Positions 18,397-28,984 of a stretch of DNA of 64,000 nucleotides are shown one piece after another. The notes below the pieces were generated by a model, which worked only from the letters and a program-made list of their open reading frames with translations, did no database searches and was not told the origin of the DNA. This DNA is from Candidatus Sumerlaeaceae bacterium (lineage in GTDB: Bacteria; Sumerlaeota; Sumerlaeia; Sumerlaeales; Sumerlaeaceae). Both the position numbers and the translations under genes were made by a program. Location: NCBI GenBank assembly GCA_051003195.1, contig JBPCLP010000024.1, forward strand, positions 1-64,000, in the 5' to 3' direction. Numbering within the stretch: position 1 is the first letter of the stretch; every line of letters starts with the position of its first letter.

Positions 18397-19983
18397 TCAG
18401 TCCTGGTTCCTCACCCCTTCAAATGCGGGTTTGTTTTCCGCACGATTGTAAGCCTCGCGACCCGTAATTACGCGCTGCTGCACGAGCTCCAGAAGAGCAT
18501 CGTCCATCGTGCGCATACCCAGGCGGCGTCCACTCTGCATCGCGGAGACCAGTTGGTGCGTTTTGCCTTCCTTGATCAACTGGGCCACACCACTGGTGAA
18601 GATCAGTACCTCCATCGCACACACGAGTCCGTTTCCATCGCGGCGCGGGATTAGCTGCTGAGAGAGTACGCCGCGCATCGACTCGGCTACCATGGTGCAG
18701 ATTTGTGCGCGCTGAGATGGTGGATACACGTCCATGATGCGCGCAACGGTACGCAGCGCGGAATTCGTATGCAGGGTCGCAAATACCAGGTGCCCCGTTT
18801 CGGCGGCAGAGATGGCTATGGATGTGGTTTCAAGGTCGCGCAGTTCCCCAATCGAGATAACATCGGGATCCTGGCGCAGCGCACCACGCAAAGCGTTCGC
18901 GAAACTTTTCGTGTGCTGGCCCACCTCGCGCTGAGTGACCTGGCAATTCGCCGGCGGAATGACGTATTCGACGGGGTCTTCTACCGTAATGATGTGCTCG
19001 TGCCGTGCGCGATTAATATGGTTCAGCATTGCTGCGACCGTCGTAGTTTTCCCACAACCCGCAGGTCCCGTCACCAGCACAAGACCCTGGTGGTACTCCG
19101 TGAGTTTCTGTAGCACCGGAGGCATAGCGAGACCTTCGAGGGTGGGGACCTCCCGTGGTACAATTCGGTAAACGCCCTCCCAACCAATGCGTTGTTTAAA
19201 GACATTGCAGCGATGGCGCCCGACGCCAGGTACATCCAGTGCAAAGTCCAGCTGCTGCTCCTGGCGAAGCGTTTCCTTCTGGGTGTCAGAGAGCATCGAG
19301 AAGTTTAGAGCTTCGCTGCGCTCTTCGGTGAGGGGCTGCTCTTCGAGGAATATCAGGTTGCCCTGGTATCTCAGAAAAGGCGCACGACCAACAACCAGGT
19401 GCAGATCGGAACAGCCCGCTTCGCGACCCATCACCAGGTAATCCATTAATGAGGCATTTGGTTCAAGTGCATGAAGCAAAGCTGGGGCGCGGGGAATCGG
19501 AGTGGCAACAATGTCGCTCCCGGAGAGGCCGGGTATCTGCGGGGCACGCGGAAAACCGAGGGCGGGATTTGTTGGACTAATCAGTGACCTGCGCTGCCCC
19601 GAATCGGCTGGGGAAGGCGCCAGGTTTGTGGGTGCTACCGGTGGCGCAGTCCGCACGGGTGGAGCCGTCGCAGAAACGCCGCGAACTGGAGGCGGCGGCG
19701 CGTAAGTAGGATCGGGCGATGGCAGCGGCCCATGTGCGATTGGAGCTGTCGCAGCTGTGGAGGGATTGGGCTCAAGCTCCAGTTCCCCCGGCGACGGCTG
19801 CACTTCGCCCGTTTCCAGCTGCTGCAGCTGATCTGGTGTGATGAGGTGCCGCTTAATGAGAAGCTGTCGCGCATTCTGGCCCGGAAACATGAGCAATTCC
19901 TCTCGCAGCTGATCTGCCTGCTTCGCGGTAAGCATTCCGGCCTGCAATGCCATATCGATGTATTGGCTGCCGTCGTCCTTCAT
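18397..19983 (-). CDS. pilT: PilT-family ATPase with N-terminal MshEN-like helical domain and Pro-rich linker
   Basis: SDLHL, GPAGCGKTT, EDPVEY, LRQDPDVISIGELRD, AETGHLVFATLHT; about 175 aa N-terminal extension. Confidence 0.85.
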   Translation of the reverse strand: MKDDGSQYIDMALQAGMLTAKQADQLREELLMFPGQNARQLLIKRHLITPDQLQQLETGEVQPSPGELELEPNPSTAATAPIAHGPLPSPDPTYAPPPPVRGVSATAPPVRTAPPVAPTNLAPSPADSGQRRSLISPTNPALGFPRAPQIPGLSGSDIVATPIPRAPALLHALEPNASLMDYLVMGREAGCSDLHLVVGRAPFLRYQGNLIFLEEQPLTEERSEALNFSMLSDTQKETLRQEQQLDFALDVPGVGRHRCNVFKQRIGWEGVYRIVPREVPTLEGLAMPPVLQKLTEYHQGLVLVTGPAGCGKTTTVAAMLNHINRARHEHIITVEDPVEYVIPPANCQVTQREVGQHTKSFANALRGALRQDPDVISIGELRDLETTSIAISAAETGHLVFATLHTNSALRTVARIMDVYPPSQRAQICTMVAESMRGVLSQQLIPRRDGNGLVCAMEVLIFTSGVAQLIKEGKTHQLVSAMQSGRRLGMRTMDDALLELVQQRVITGREAYNRAENKPAFEGVRNQD

Positions 19984-20115
19984 AAACCGGCTTTATGGCC
20001 CGATATGTAATAAGCTGTCATGAAAGGATGAGACGAGGCGGCGCGATGGAAAGCCTCAAGCGGGAAGTGAGTCCGAATTGAGAAAACCACACTGTCTCAA
20101 GCTAGACAGCAGTAG

Positions 20116-22422
20116 TTAGCTTTTACGCTTGCTTGCAGTGCTGGCGCTTTTTGCTTTTGCGACGGAGTCCAGCAGCGTTACGGCCTCCATGTACTTATTC
20201 TGCCCGCGGAGATCCTCAATTTCAGCAAGAGTTTCACGGGACAGCTTGCCTTTGGATTTCTCAAGCGTTGTCTCCAGGTAGCTCTTGGCTGCTTCGTTAC
20301 CTAAAATCTCAATCTGAAGTTTGAAGCCATCGCAGCGCTCCACAATCGGGTCGTAGTTGCCTTTTTTGAAATCGGCGAGCATGGCAGAATAACCTGTATC
20401 GATTTTTCCCATCAGATCGGCCAGACGCGCAGACGATTCGGTAGCTTTGCCTTTGCCGGTTTTGCCGATCTCTTTGCCAAAGCGCTGCTTCACTTCGGTG
20501 TAAATTGCGTCTACCTGCGCGACCTTTTGCTCTGCTTTCTGTTTAAGGCACTGCTGCTTGGCTTTTTCCAGTTCCTCGTCGATCATCCGCAAATTGCTTC
20601 GCGCGGAATCGGAATCCGGAACACTGCCACTTACGTCACGCTTTACCTTATCAACGAGACCATTTACTGACTCGAGTGCTTTAGGAGCGTACTTCTCCAA
20701 TTCGTAGCGGGGGTCGTTACTTACCATAGCGACGCGCGCCTGGGCTTCTGCCAATTCTTTTTCCAACCTGGCAGCGGCGGCTTTGCTTGCGGCCGGAGGC
20801 AACTCTGAGTCGTCCAGTGCCTGGGTTGATACGGCCACGGGCGCAGCCACCGTTGGGGTGGAAGCGGGTAAAGGCGAGCTGGCCGTCGGAGCTGAGGCTA
20901 TATCCCGCTTTGGCGCCCGCACAGTAATGTCCCCAGCCTCCTCAACAGGAGCTGTGCCTGTCTGAGCGAGTGGCGGGTCTACCGGAAGTAGCGTAGGCTG
21001 CATTGGGTTTTCGAGCACGAGCGTGTCCGCACTAGCGGTTGCGATTTCCGATACGGCCGCAGGCGTGGCGAGAATGGCATCTTTTGCTACGCCCGCATCT
21101 GCATTCAACTTTACAACTACATCGCCGCCCTGGTGCGGCTGTGGCAGCCCTGACAAACTTGGGGGCTCTATACTTTTGACTGTTTCAGGCGATGGGGGCG
21201 CCGCAATTGGGGCAGGCTGCGAAACTTCGAGCTTTTCCGCTTTTGAGGAGTCTACCGCGGGGCTGGAGTTTGTCACCTTTTCAACTTCAGGCTCTTTAAC
21301 AGCCTCGGAGTTTTTCAGGGTGAGAGCCGCCTGCGTTACCGCGATGGTCAGCGGCGCTTTGCTGATGGTTTTAGGCTTGGCCGACGGCTTCACATCGGTG
21401 ATCGAGATGCGGGATTCAGTCTTGTCGGAAGTTTGCTTTTTCGCAATCGCATTTTTCTCCACCACTTCCCACTCGGCAATTGCGACCTCGTTAAGCTTTC
21501 GCCAGGTTTCTTTGTTTGGCTTCCCGGTGACCTCGAGCTTGTTTTGTTCCTGGAATTCTTTCATGGCGACGATGGTATTGTGCCCCCATTTGCCATCAGG
21601 CTCTCCCGCGTATACTTTCGCCTGCACTAGTTTTTCCTGCAATGCTTTCACTTCAGCAACGCGCGTCATTCGCGGAACGGGACCGGCATCGACAACCTTC
21701 GAAGGCGGAGTTGCTTTACGAAGAACAACGAATTGCGGATCGTCAGCTTTAGATGGAGTGGTATCCGACTTTTTCGCAGTGCCCGATTTTGCACCGCTGA
21801 TTTGAATCGGGGAAGAAACGTCTGCTGCAGTCTTGTCCTCCGGGGTCGGCAAATCTGCTACTGCAGCAGCGAGTTTTTTTAATGTGGCGCCGTCTGGCTC
21901 ACCTTTAGCCGTAAGTGCATTCTCCTTTTGAAAATCAGTAATAGCCGCCTGTGTTATCGGCCCGAGCTTGCCGTCGTGCTTGCCCTCGAACTTGCCAAGC
22001 TTCAGCAATAGTTGCTGCGCGCGCGCGACATCTGCGCGATACGGAAGCTCCGGCTTTGCTGTCGCGGCCGGAGTTGGTTTGTCAGCCGCAGACTTTGTTT
22101 CTGTTTTTGCCGCTGCGGTTTCACTCGATTTCGTTTTGTTCTTCGAGTCCCGAGGCTTCGGCAGCTCTGTTTCCTTTGCCGCCGAAGATTTCGAGGCGGT
22201 CTTTTTTTCGGGTTGTTCCGTCATTCGGGTACGAAGCGCCTCAACCGGCGCTCCTGGACGAGGCGAAGGAAGTTCTGTCATTGCATCAGACGAGGCAAGG
22301 GGAGCGGCCGCGGTGCCTCGATCATGATGTTCCGAAACGAGTTTGCCAGCGACGTAAGGCGCAACAGCGAGAACGACGACGGCGCCCGTTGTCAGGAGAA
22401 ATAGCTTAACCGGATTTAACAT
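20116..22422 (-). CDS. Membrane-anchored protein with two peptidoglycan-binding (PG_binding_1-like) domains and C-terminal coiled coil
   Basis: N-terminal TM; two copies of V...Q..L...DGK(L/W)G..T..A...FQ....L...G.P...T; Ala/Pro/Lys/Thr-rich linkers. Confidence 0.75.
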   Translation of the reverse strand: MLNPVKLFLLTTGAVVVLAVAPYVAGKLVSEHHDRGTAAAPLASSDAMTELPSPRPGAPVEALRTRMTEQPEKKTASKSSAAKETELPKPRDSKNKTKSSETAAAKTETKSAADKPTPAATAKPELPYRADVARAQQLLLKLGKFEGKHDGKLGPITQAAITDFQKENALTAKGEPDGATLKKLAAAVADLPTPEDKTAADVSSPIQISGAKSGTAKKSDTTPSKADDPQFVVLRKATPPSKVVDAGPVPRMTRVAEVKALQEKLVQAKVYAGEPDGKWGHNTIVAMKEFQEQNKLEVTGKPNKETWRKLNEVAIAEWEVVEKNAIAKKQTSDKTESRISITDVKPSAKPKTISKAPLTIAVTQAALTLKNSEAVKEPEVEKVTNSSPAVDSSKAEKLEVSQPAPIAAPPSPETVKSIEPPSLSGLPQPHQGGDVVVKLNADAGVAKDAILATPAAVSEIATASADTLVLENPMQPTLLPVDPPLAQTGTAPVEEAGDITVRAPKRDIASAPTASSPLPASTPTVAAPVAVSTQALDDSELPPAASKAAAARLEKELAEAQARVAMVSNDPRYELEKYAPKALESVNGLVDKVKRDVSGSVPDSDSARSNLRMIDEELEKAKQQCLKQKAEQKVAQVDAIYTEVKQRFGKEIGKTGKGKATESSARLADLMGKIDTGYSAMLADFKKGNYDPIVERCDGFKLQIEILGNEAAKSYLETTLEKSKGKLSRETLAEIEDLRGQNKYMEAVTLLDSVAKAKSASTASKRKS

Positions 22423-22628
22423 AGCTTAATACGTCCTTCAGCACACCTGTCGAGGGTGTACCTCAAGCATAAGTGCGCCCGTTAAATAAGGGGCCCGCAA
22501 ACCGGGCGCAAGCTATTTTGGCAGTCCCGAAAGCACTTTATAGCCCGACAATACAGGGAAACAGCCCATTTTGCGCCACCTTAAATTCGCCAGATTTATT
22601 TTTGAAATTGCCTGTAGTAGGCTCCGCG

Positions 22629-22704
22629 GCCGGAATAGCTCAGTTGGTAGAGCAACCGCCTTGTAAGCGGTAGGTCATCGGTTCGATCCCGGTTTCCGGC
22701 ACCA
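22629..22704 (+). tRNA. tRNA-Thr (TGT)
   Basis: Acceptor stem GCCGGAA/TTCCGGC, D-loop TAGCTCAGTTGGTAGAGC, anticodon arm ACCGC-CTTGTAA-GCGGT, GGTTCGATCCC, encoded CCA. Confidence 0.97.
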
Positions 22705-22717
22705 GCCTCGACATTTG

Positions 22718-24076
22718 TCAGGTTTGCCCCAGTAGCAGGTAGGGGTAGTTGGGCTTCAGCATAAATGCTTCTACGATGTCGTCAAACGTGGCATTTTCCT
22801 CGAAAAAACGGTAAAAGCGCGAGTGAAAACCATAGAGTTTTTCGACGTGCGCTACTGCTTCCGAGAAATCCTCATCGATTGGCTCTGTTCTGCCGTGCTG
22901 AACTGCCTCTGCCGTTGCATACCATGGAATAAGCGCCACGTTGAGCACCAAAAGCCGCAGCCGACGGGAAACGTTTCCACTCAGCACGAGGTCTTTCCGA
23001 AAAATACAGTGGCGAACGTAACGCTCGATCAGCTCGACCGCGGCACCGGTGCAGGGTAGCTTTGCTCTCGCTAAATCTCGATATGATAACGACACCGCAA
23101 TCGGTTTTAGCCGCACTTTGCCAATGCCGGCTGCGTGACGTACGTATTGAGCGAGAACGGTTGCTACTGTACGAGCTCGGCCGCCCTTGCGGTGCAAAGT
23201 GTTTGCGAAACCGGTAAACATTCCAAGAAACATTTGCTTAATGTAAGTCGGACCTTTGCGTGCGCGGATCGAAACGCGGAGAAGTTCTGCATAGCTGGTT
23301 GAGCGCAGCGCGGAAAGAAAACCGGCAAGCGCTGCCGGCGGCATCCGGTTGCCAGGTCCCACCACCGGCGATCCATTCATCTCCTGGTAATATGCATCGA
23401 CAAAGCTTACCAGGGCGCAGCACGCAATAAGACGCTGGTTCAATGGAATGGATGGAATTGCGAGCAGTTCGGCAAAGGTGTTTTCCAGGTCTATATACTC
23501 GTCCCAGGTAAGTTCGATGCGGCGATTAAGTGCAACTCGCGCCGGCGCTTCCAGAACGCTCTGCGCCACTGCATAATGCGAACGCAGTTGCGCGCCTTGC
23601 TCGCCCACGGGGCTTCCAATGTTGTTACGAACCGATGGACACATGAACGATAATCCCACATAGGTGCCGCCGGAAGTCTCAACATAGCGGTAGGGAAAAT
23701 CGCGGCACACCTGTGGTTTCGCATGTGGGCCGATGATTCGGTGCACAGCGCAAAGTCGGTCCTTGTCGAAAAAAATGCAACTTCCGTCGTGCTTGCGTGC
23801 TAATCGCGGCGGATCGCCTGGCATGCCGGCCGCCGTAAAAGGTCCATTCCCCGCACCGACGTCGGATCGCAAGGCAGTTTGCTCGGCCGGGCTTATTGTT
23901 TCCAGCTGCTCCGCGCAGTTATGGCTCACCGGAATTGTGTCGAACGTGGTGCAACATACGCCGGAATTCTGGCATGTGTACGAAATCTCCGGGGGAAGAT
24001 GCAGCTCTGCAACGGCGGGCTGTGCATCTCTCGCGTTTTCGATCCGCGCTGCATCTTTGCTGTGCTTGCTTGTCAT
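22718..24076 (-). CDS. YkgJ / CxxCxxCC-family (FliB-like) cysteine-cluster protein
   Basis: YTCQNSGVCC, DGSCIFF..LCAVH, KPQVCRDFPY, SFMCP. Confidence 0.7.
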   Translation of the reverse strand: MTSKHSKDAARIENARDAQPAVAELHLPPEISYTCQNSGVCCTTFDTIPVSHNCAEQLETISPAEQTALRSDVGAGNGPFTAAGMPGDPPRLARKHDGSCIFFDKDRLCAVHRIIGPHAKPQVCRDFPYRYVETSGGTYVGLSFMCPSVRNNIGSPVGEQGAQLRSHYAVAQSVLEAPARVALNRRIELTWDEYIDLENTFAELLAIPSIPLNQRLIACCALVSFVDAYYQEMNGSPVVGPGNRMPPAALAGFLSALRSTSYAELLRVSIRARKGPTYIKQMFLGMFTGFANTLHRKGGRARTVATVLAQYVRHAAGIGKVRLKPIAVSLSYRDLARAKLPCTGAAVELIERYVRHCIFRKDLVLSGNVSRRLRLLVLNVALIPWYATAEAVQHGRTEPIDEDFSEAVAHVEKLYGFHSRFYRFFEENATFDDIVEAFMLKPNYPYLLLGQT

Positions 24077-24181
24077 TGCCTAACAAGGTAGCTTGCAGAC
24101 CGGCTGACATTCGCAACTGCTATGGTAGGCTGCGGTCGCGATAAGAGCAGAAATACATCAGTTGTGCGCCTGGGCAGCAGA

Positions 24182-25222
24182 CTAGTCGGTAAACAGTACC
24201 CTTGTTCCCGGTTTGACAAATTTTGCAAGCCGTAACACATCCCAATTGGTAAGCCGGACACATCCATGGCTTTCAGTGTGCCCGATCTTGCCTGGTTCAG
24301 GCGTTCCGTGTATTCCATAGTGCGGCTTTGAAATGTCGATCCACGCCACACCAACAGGGTTGTTCGGCCCCGCCGGAAGTTTGGCTTTTTTGTCGCCGGG
24401 CTTCGCGTCCCAGAATAGGTCGGGACTGTAATTAAAGGCTGGATTTCTTTCAACCCCCTGCACCTTCCACTCTCCAATTGGCAATAGATCATGGTCACTA
24501 CCGCTGGTCACTGGGGCGACAAAGATTGTTCGGCTGGTCGAATCGGTCAGCGTTAAAATGGATGTCGATTTCGACACAGTTATAGTCAATCGTCCCTCTG
24601 CCGGCGTGGTCTGGCTTGTGGCAGAAGAGTCCCTTGCTAATTCGGTACTTGCCGAAGGTAGTTTCCTTTTCTCCAGTTTTCCAGGATTGTCTTCCGACAG
24701 CTCCACGTTCGGGACTTTGATTTTGTCGCCGACTGCAAATTTGACCTCCGTGTTTAAAGAGGCGAGCAACTCCGGTTCAACGTGGAAACGCTCTGCAATT
24801 CGTTCCTTAACGCTAATGTATCCGAGAGCAGGGAGTTTGGCTTTCTCCTCCATTTTCTCCGGAATTTTCGGCACCAGTGCGTCGGCGTCCTCGGCTGTGA
24901 TTGAGTAATCGATGAACAGCGGGTGCGCCCCGGAAGCGCTTTCAAGCGCGACCGAAGTACCCTCATCCAGTTCGCCAGTGGGTTCCAGTTTGTTCGCCTG
25001 CTGAAATGCGAGGAGGACCTGCTCAAAGTTCCTGCCATTTTGACCATCAATCTCACCAGGCGAGAATCCAGCGCGGTCGAGCATGATTTGCGCGGCTACG
25101 ATCGCATCATGTTTGACTTCCCGTTTCGTAGGTTCTGCCGTAGCCGTAAGCTCTAAAAGAAATAGCGGGGTCACTGCCGCAAAGAGCTGAAGTGCTGGAA
25201 AGTATCGCATACTTGTTTTCAT
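24182..25222 (-). CDS. L,D-transpeptidase (YkuD family) with peptidoglycan-binding domain
   Basis: AQIMLDRAGFSPGEIDG, GPNNPVG, YGIHGT, SHGCVRLTNWD; start about 25210-25222. Confidence 0.92.
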   Translation of the reverse strand: MKTSMRYFPALQLFAAVTPLFLLELTATAEPTKREVKHDAIVAAQIMLDRAGFSPGEIDGQNGRNFEQVLLAFQQANKLEPTGELDEGTSVALESASGAHPLFIDYSITAEDADALVPKIPEKMEEKAKLPALGYISVKERIAERFHVEPELLASLNTEVKFAVGDKIKVPNVELSEDNPGKLEKRKLPSASTELARDSSATSQTTPAEGRLTITVSKSTSILTLTDSTSRTIFVAPVTSGSDHDLLPIGEWKVQGVERNPAFNYSPDLFWDAKPGDKKAKLPAGPNNPVGVAWIDISKPHYGIHGTPEPGKIGHTESHGCVRLTNWDVLRLAKFVKPGTRVLFTD

Positions 25223-25392
25223 GGGAACGCGATTAAGCAACTCCCGTGCACAATGCAGCAGACCATTTAAACCCACGGTGCAATTATGCTTAAATCGCTT
25301 CGCCAGGGGCCCCACCCACTGGCGCGTGAATCCCCAAAACCTTGCTGGTTAGATACGCTCACCACTTCATCAGGTGGAGTTCGAAGTCGGCC

Positions 25393-26859
25393 TTACAAAG
25401 CTACCATGGCCTTGAACAGCTGCTCGTATTTCATCGCCGATCCACGCCAGGAGAAATCCTGTGACATCGCATTTTGCCGTAAGGCGTCCCAGTGCGGCTG
25501 CATTTGAAAGCAGCTCAGCGCACGTTGCAGCGTAAGCATCAGTTCATCCGTGGTATACCGTTCAAACACGAATCCAGTTCCCCGGCCCGACTCGATATTC
25601 TCGGGCGTCGCGTCTACAATGGAATCGGCGAGACCGCCAGTTTTTCGGACAACCGGAATTGTGCCGTAACGCAGTGAATACATCTGATTCAACCCGCAGG
25701 GTTCATAATGTGACGGCATGAGGAAGAAGTCCGAGCCTGCTTCGATACGATGCGCGAGCCCGTTGTCGAATCGGAGATTCGCACTGACCTTACCGGGATG
25801 ATTCTTCGCTGCACGCTCAAAGATCTGGTGGTATTCGGCAGCGCCTGTACCAAGCAACACCAGCTGTACGTTACCGGTTACCAATGGTTCTAGAATCTCT
25901 GCGATAAGGTCGAAACCCTTTTGTGGGTCTAGTCTGGAAATAATGCCGATCAGGGGAGTTTCCGGGCTTGCGTCCAATCCGACTTCCTCCTGCAGCGCTG
26001 CTTTGCACTTCGATTTGCCAGAGAGATCCGCGCGTGTGAAGTGCGCCGGTATCAGTTTATCGGTTTCAGGGTTCCAGGTGTCGTAATCTATGCCGTTTAG
26101 AATTCCTGTCAGATGCGAGGCCCTTGACAGCAATACGCCATCAAGGCCGCTGCCGTATTCCGGCGTTTGGATTTCGCGCGCGTAAGTCGGACTTACGGTC
26201 GATATCTTATCGGCATAAAGCAAACCGCCCTTCATCAGGTTCAGAGCTCCATAAAACTCGAGGGCGGCAGGGTGAAACAGGTTGTCCCCGATGCCAATGC
26301 GTTCCGCTTCATCTCGCGGAAAAACGCCCTGGTAAGCCTGGTTATGAATAGTGAACAGGGTTTTAACTGAGCGAAGGCCAGCGTTACTGCGGACATCACT
26401 GTCGGTTCTTAGAAAAACCGGTATCAGGGCTGATTGCCAATCATTACAATGGATCACTTCCGGCGTCCAGTCGAGCCCTTCTAAAAGCCACAGCACGGCC
26501 TTGCAAAAGAAGGCAAATCGCTCAGCATTATCTGGGTAATCCCGTCCGCCCTCCATGTAAAGGTTGGCCCGGTCAAACAGTGAACTGTTCGCCACGAAAT
26601 ACACCGGGACATTCGAATCGGGAAATACTGTGCGCCTGATCTCGGCAACATGGTTAAGGTTCCCAAGACGCACCCGGATGTCGCCGAGAATCGGCAGGAT
26701 GTGAAACTTATCGTCATCAATGGTGCCATACTTTGGCATGGCCACCCGCACGTCGTGCCCCATGCGTGCGAGTTCCAGCGGCAACGCGCCGGCTACGTCG
26801 GCCAACCCGCCGGTTTTGGCAAATGGCACAACTTCCGACGCAACAATAAGAATTCTCAT
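25393..26859 (-). CDS. glgA: Glycogen synthase
   Basis: PFAKTGGLADV, IHCNDWQ, TIHN, STVSPTYAREI, MPSHYEPCGLNQMY. Confidence 0.97.
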   Translation of the reverse strand: MRILIVASEVVPFAKTGGLADVAGALPLELARMGHDVRVAMPKYGTIDDDKFHILPILGDIRVRLGNLNHVAEIRRTVFPDSNVPVYFVANSSLFDRANLYMEGGRDYPDNAERFAFFCKAVLWLLEGLDWTPEVIHCNDWQSALIPVFLRTDSDVRSNAGLRSVKTLFTIHNQAYQGVFPRDEAERIGIGDNLFHPAALEFYGALNLMKGGLLYADKISTVSPTYAREIQTPEYGSGLDGVLLSRASHLTGILNGIDYDTWNPETDKLIPAHFTRADLSGKSKCKAALQEEVGLDASPETPLIGIISRLDPQKGFDLIAEILEPLVTGNVQLVLLGTGAAEYHQIFERAAKNHPGKVSANLRFDNGLAHRIEAGSDFFLMPSHYEPCGLNQMYSLRYGTIPVVRKTGGLADSIVDATPENIESGRGTGFVFERYTTDELMLTLQRALSCFQMQPHWDALRQNAMSQDFSWRGSAMKYEQLFKAMVAL

Positions 26860-27054
26860 CGTGCAGCCATCGTGATTAACTCTGAAAAGTGCATTCTGGG
26901 TATGCGCCGTCCGTTGTTCGGCAATTCAAGCAAAAGGTCTTTTCTACAATTGGGGCGAGCATTGAGCACATCGCATGCCCTTCGATGCCACAAAACCTTG
27001 CATCCGCTCAACGTCGGCTCGCGACTGGTGCAAAACAGATCAGGAACCGAACTC

Positions 27055-28080
<1,026 letters not shown>

Positions 28081-28138
28081 ACATCGGATGTTCTCATAGA
28101 GGCGAGCAACCGCAGACACCGGCTACTTCCTCGTGAGC

Positions 28139-28984
28139 TCAGCTATGCAATGCGCTGTTTAATAACGCCAATCGCGTGTGCGCGCTCTGGTGCAGTTCGG
28201 TCCACTCACACTTGGGCAACGATGCCTGCAAAGCCGTCAATGTATCAAGCAATCCGTGAACCGGCTCGCAATGCATGCATCCATCCAGTTGATGCCGAAA
28301 GTTGACGAAAGTGTTCGAATTCCGCAGTTTATCGGTGCCGAACCACTGTTCCAGGAATGTCTTTCGATGCAGGGTGCACGGTCCCAGGTCGCGTAAAGCC
28401 GCCTTATGCTCCGGCACTGCGTAGCCCTTGTGCTGCTCGAAGCCATAACCCGGGTATTCGCTCGCGTAATTCGTCATGATGCGGTCGCGCGTGACCTTGG
28501 CGATAATACTGGCGGCGGCGATCGAGAAGCAGCGGCTGTCACCTTTAACAAATGCTTTCTGTGGGATTGTGCAATTCTCCAGGTGTAGCGCGTCAAGCAG
28601 CAGGTGATCGGGTAGCATCTTCATGTTACGCAGGGCTCGACGAACAGCCAGCTTCGTCGCGCGCAGGATATTGATCGTGTCGATCTCCTCGGCACATGCC
28701 AGCCCGACCCCGTATCCCACCGCACGCTCCACTATCTTCGCGTACAACTCCTCGCGCAATTCCGGATCAAGCAGCTTGCTGTCGTTGACCTTGTTGATGC
28801 GCGCGCCCGGCTCGAACACAACCACCGCTGCGCAGACAGGTCCCGCCAGCGGACCCCGGCCCGCCTCGTCTATGCCTGCCACCCGGGAAAAACCCTGCGC
28901 ATGAAGCTCGGCTTCAATGGCAAACCGGCTTTGCCGCGGAAACGACTTCGGTTTTTTCTTTTTCGTGGCGATGGCTTTGGTCAT
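28139..28984 (-). CDS. rnhB: Ribonuclease HII with C-terminal extension
   Basis: GIDEAGRGPLAGPV, NDSK, KGD, IAAASIIAKVTRD, HKGY, HRKTF. Confidence 0.96.
   Translation of the reverse strand: MTKAIATKKKKPKSFPRQSRFAIEAELHAQGFSRVAGIDEAGRGPLAGPVCAAVVVFEPGARINKVNDSKLLDPELREELYAKIVERAVGYGVGLACAEEIDTINILRATKLAVRRALRNMKMLPDHLLLDALHLENCTIPQKAFVKGDSRCFSIAAASIIAKVTRDRIMTNYASEYPGYGFEQHKGYAVPEHKAALRDLGPCTLHRKTFLEQWFGTDKLRNSNTFVNFRHQLDGCMHCEPVHGLLDTLTALQASLPKCEWTELHQSAHTRLALLNSALHS

Noticed and set aside
26650..27054. N-terminal extension of fmt
   Set aside because: It overlaps glgA on the opposite strand; Fmt homology begins at TTG 27055.
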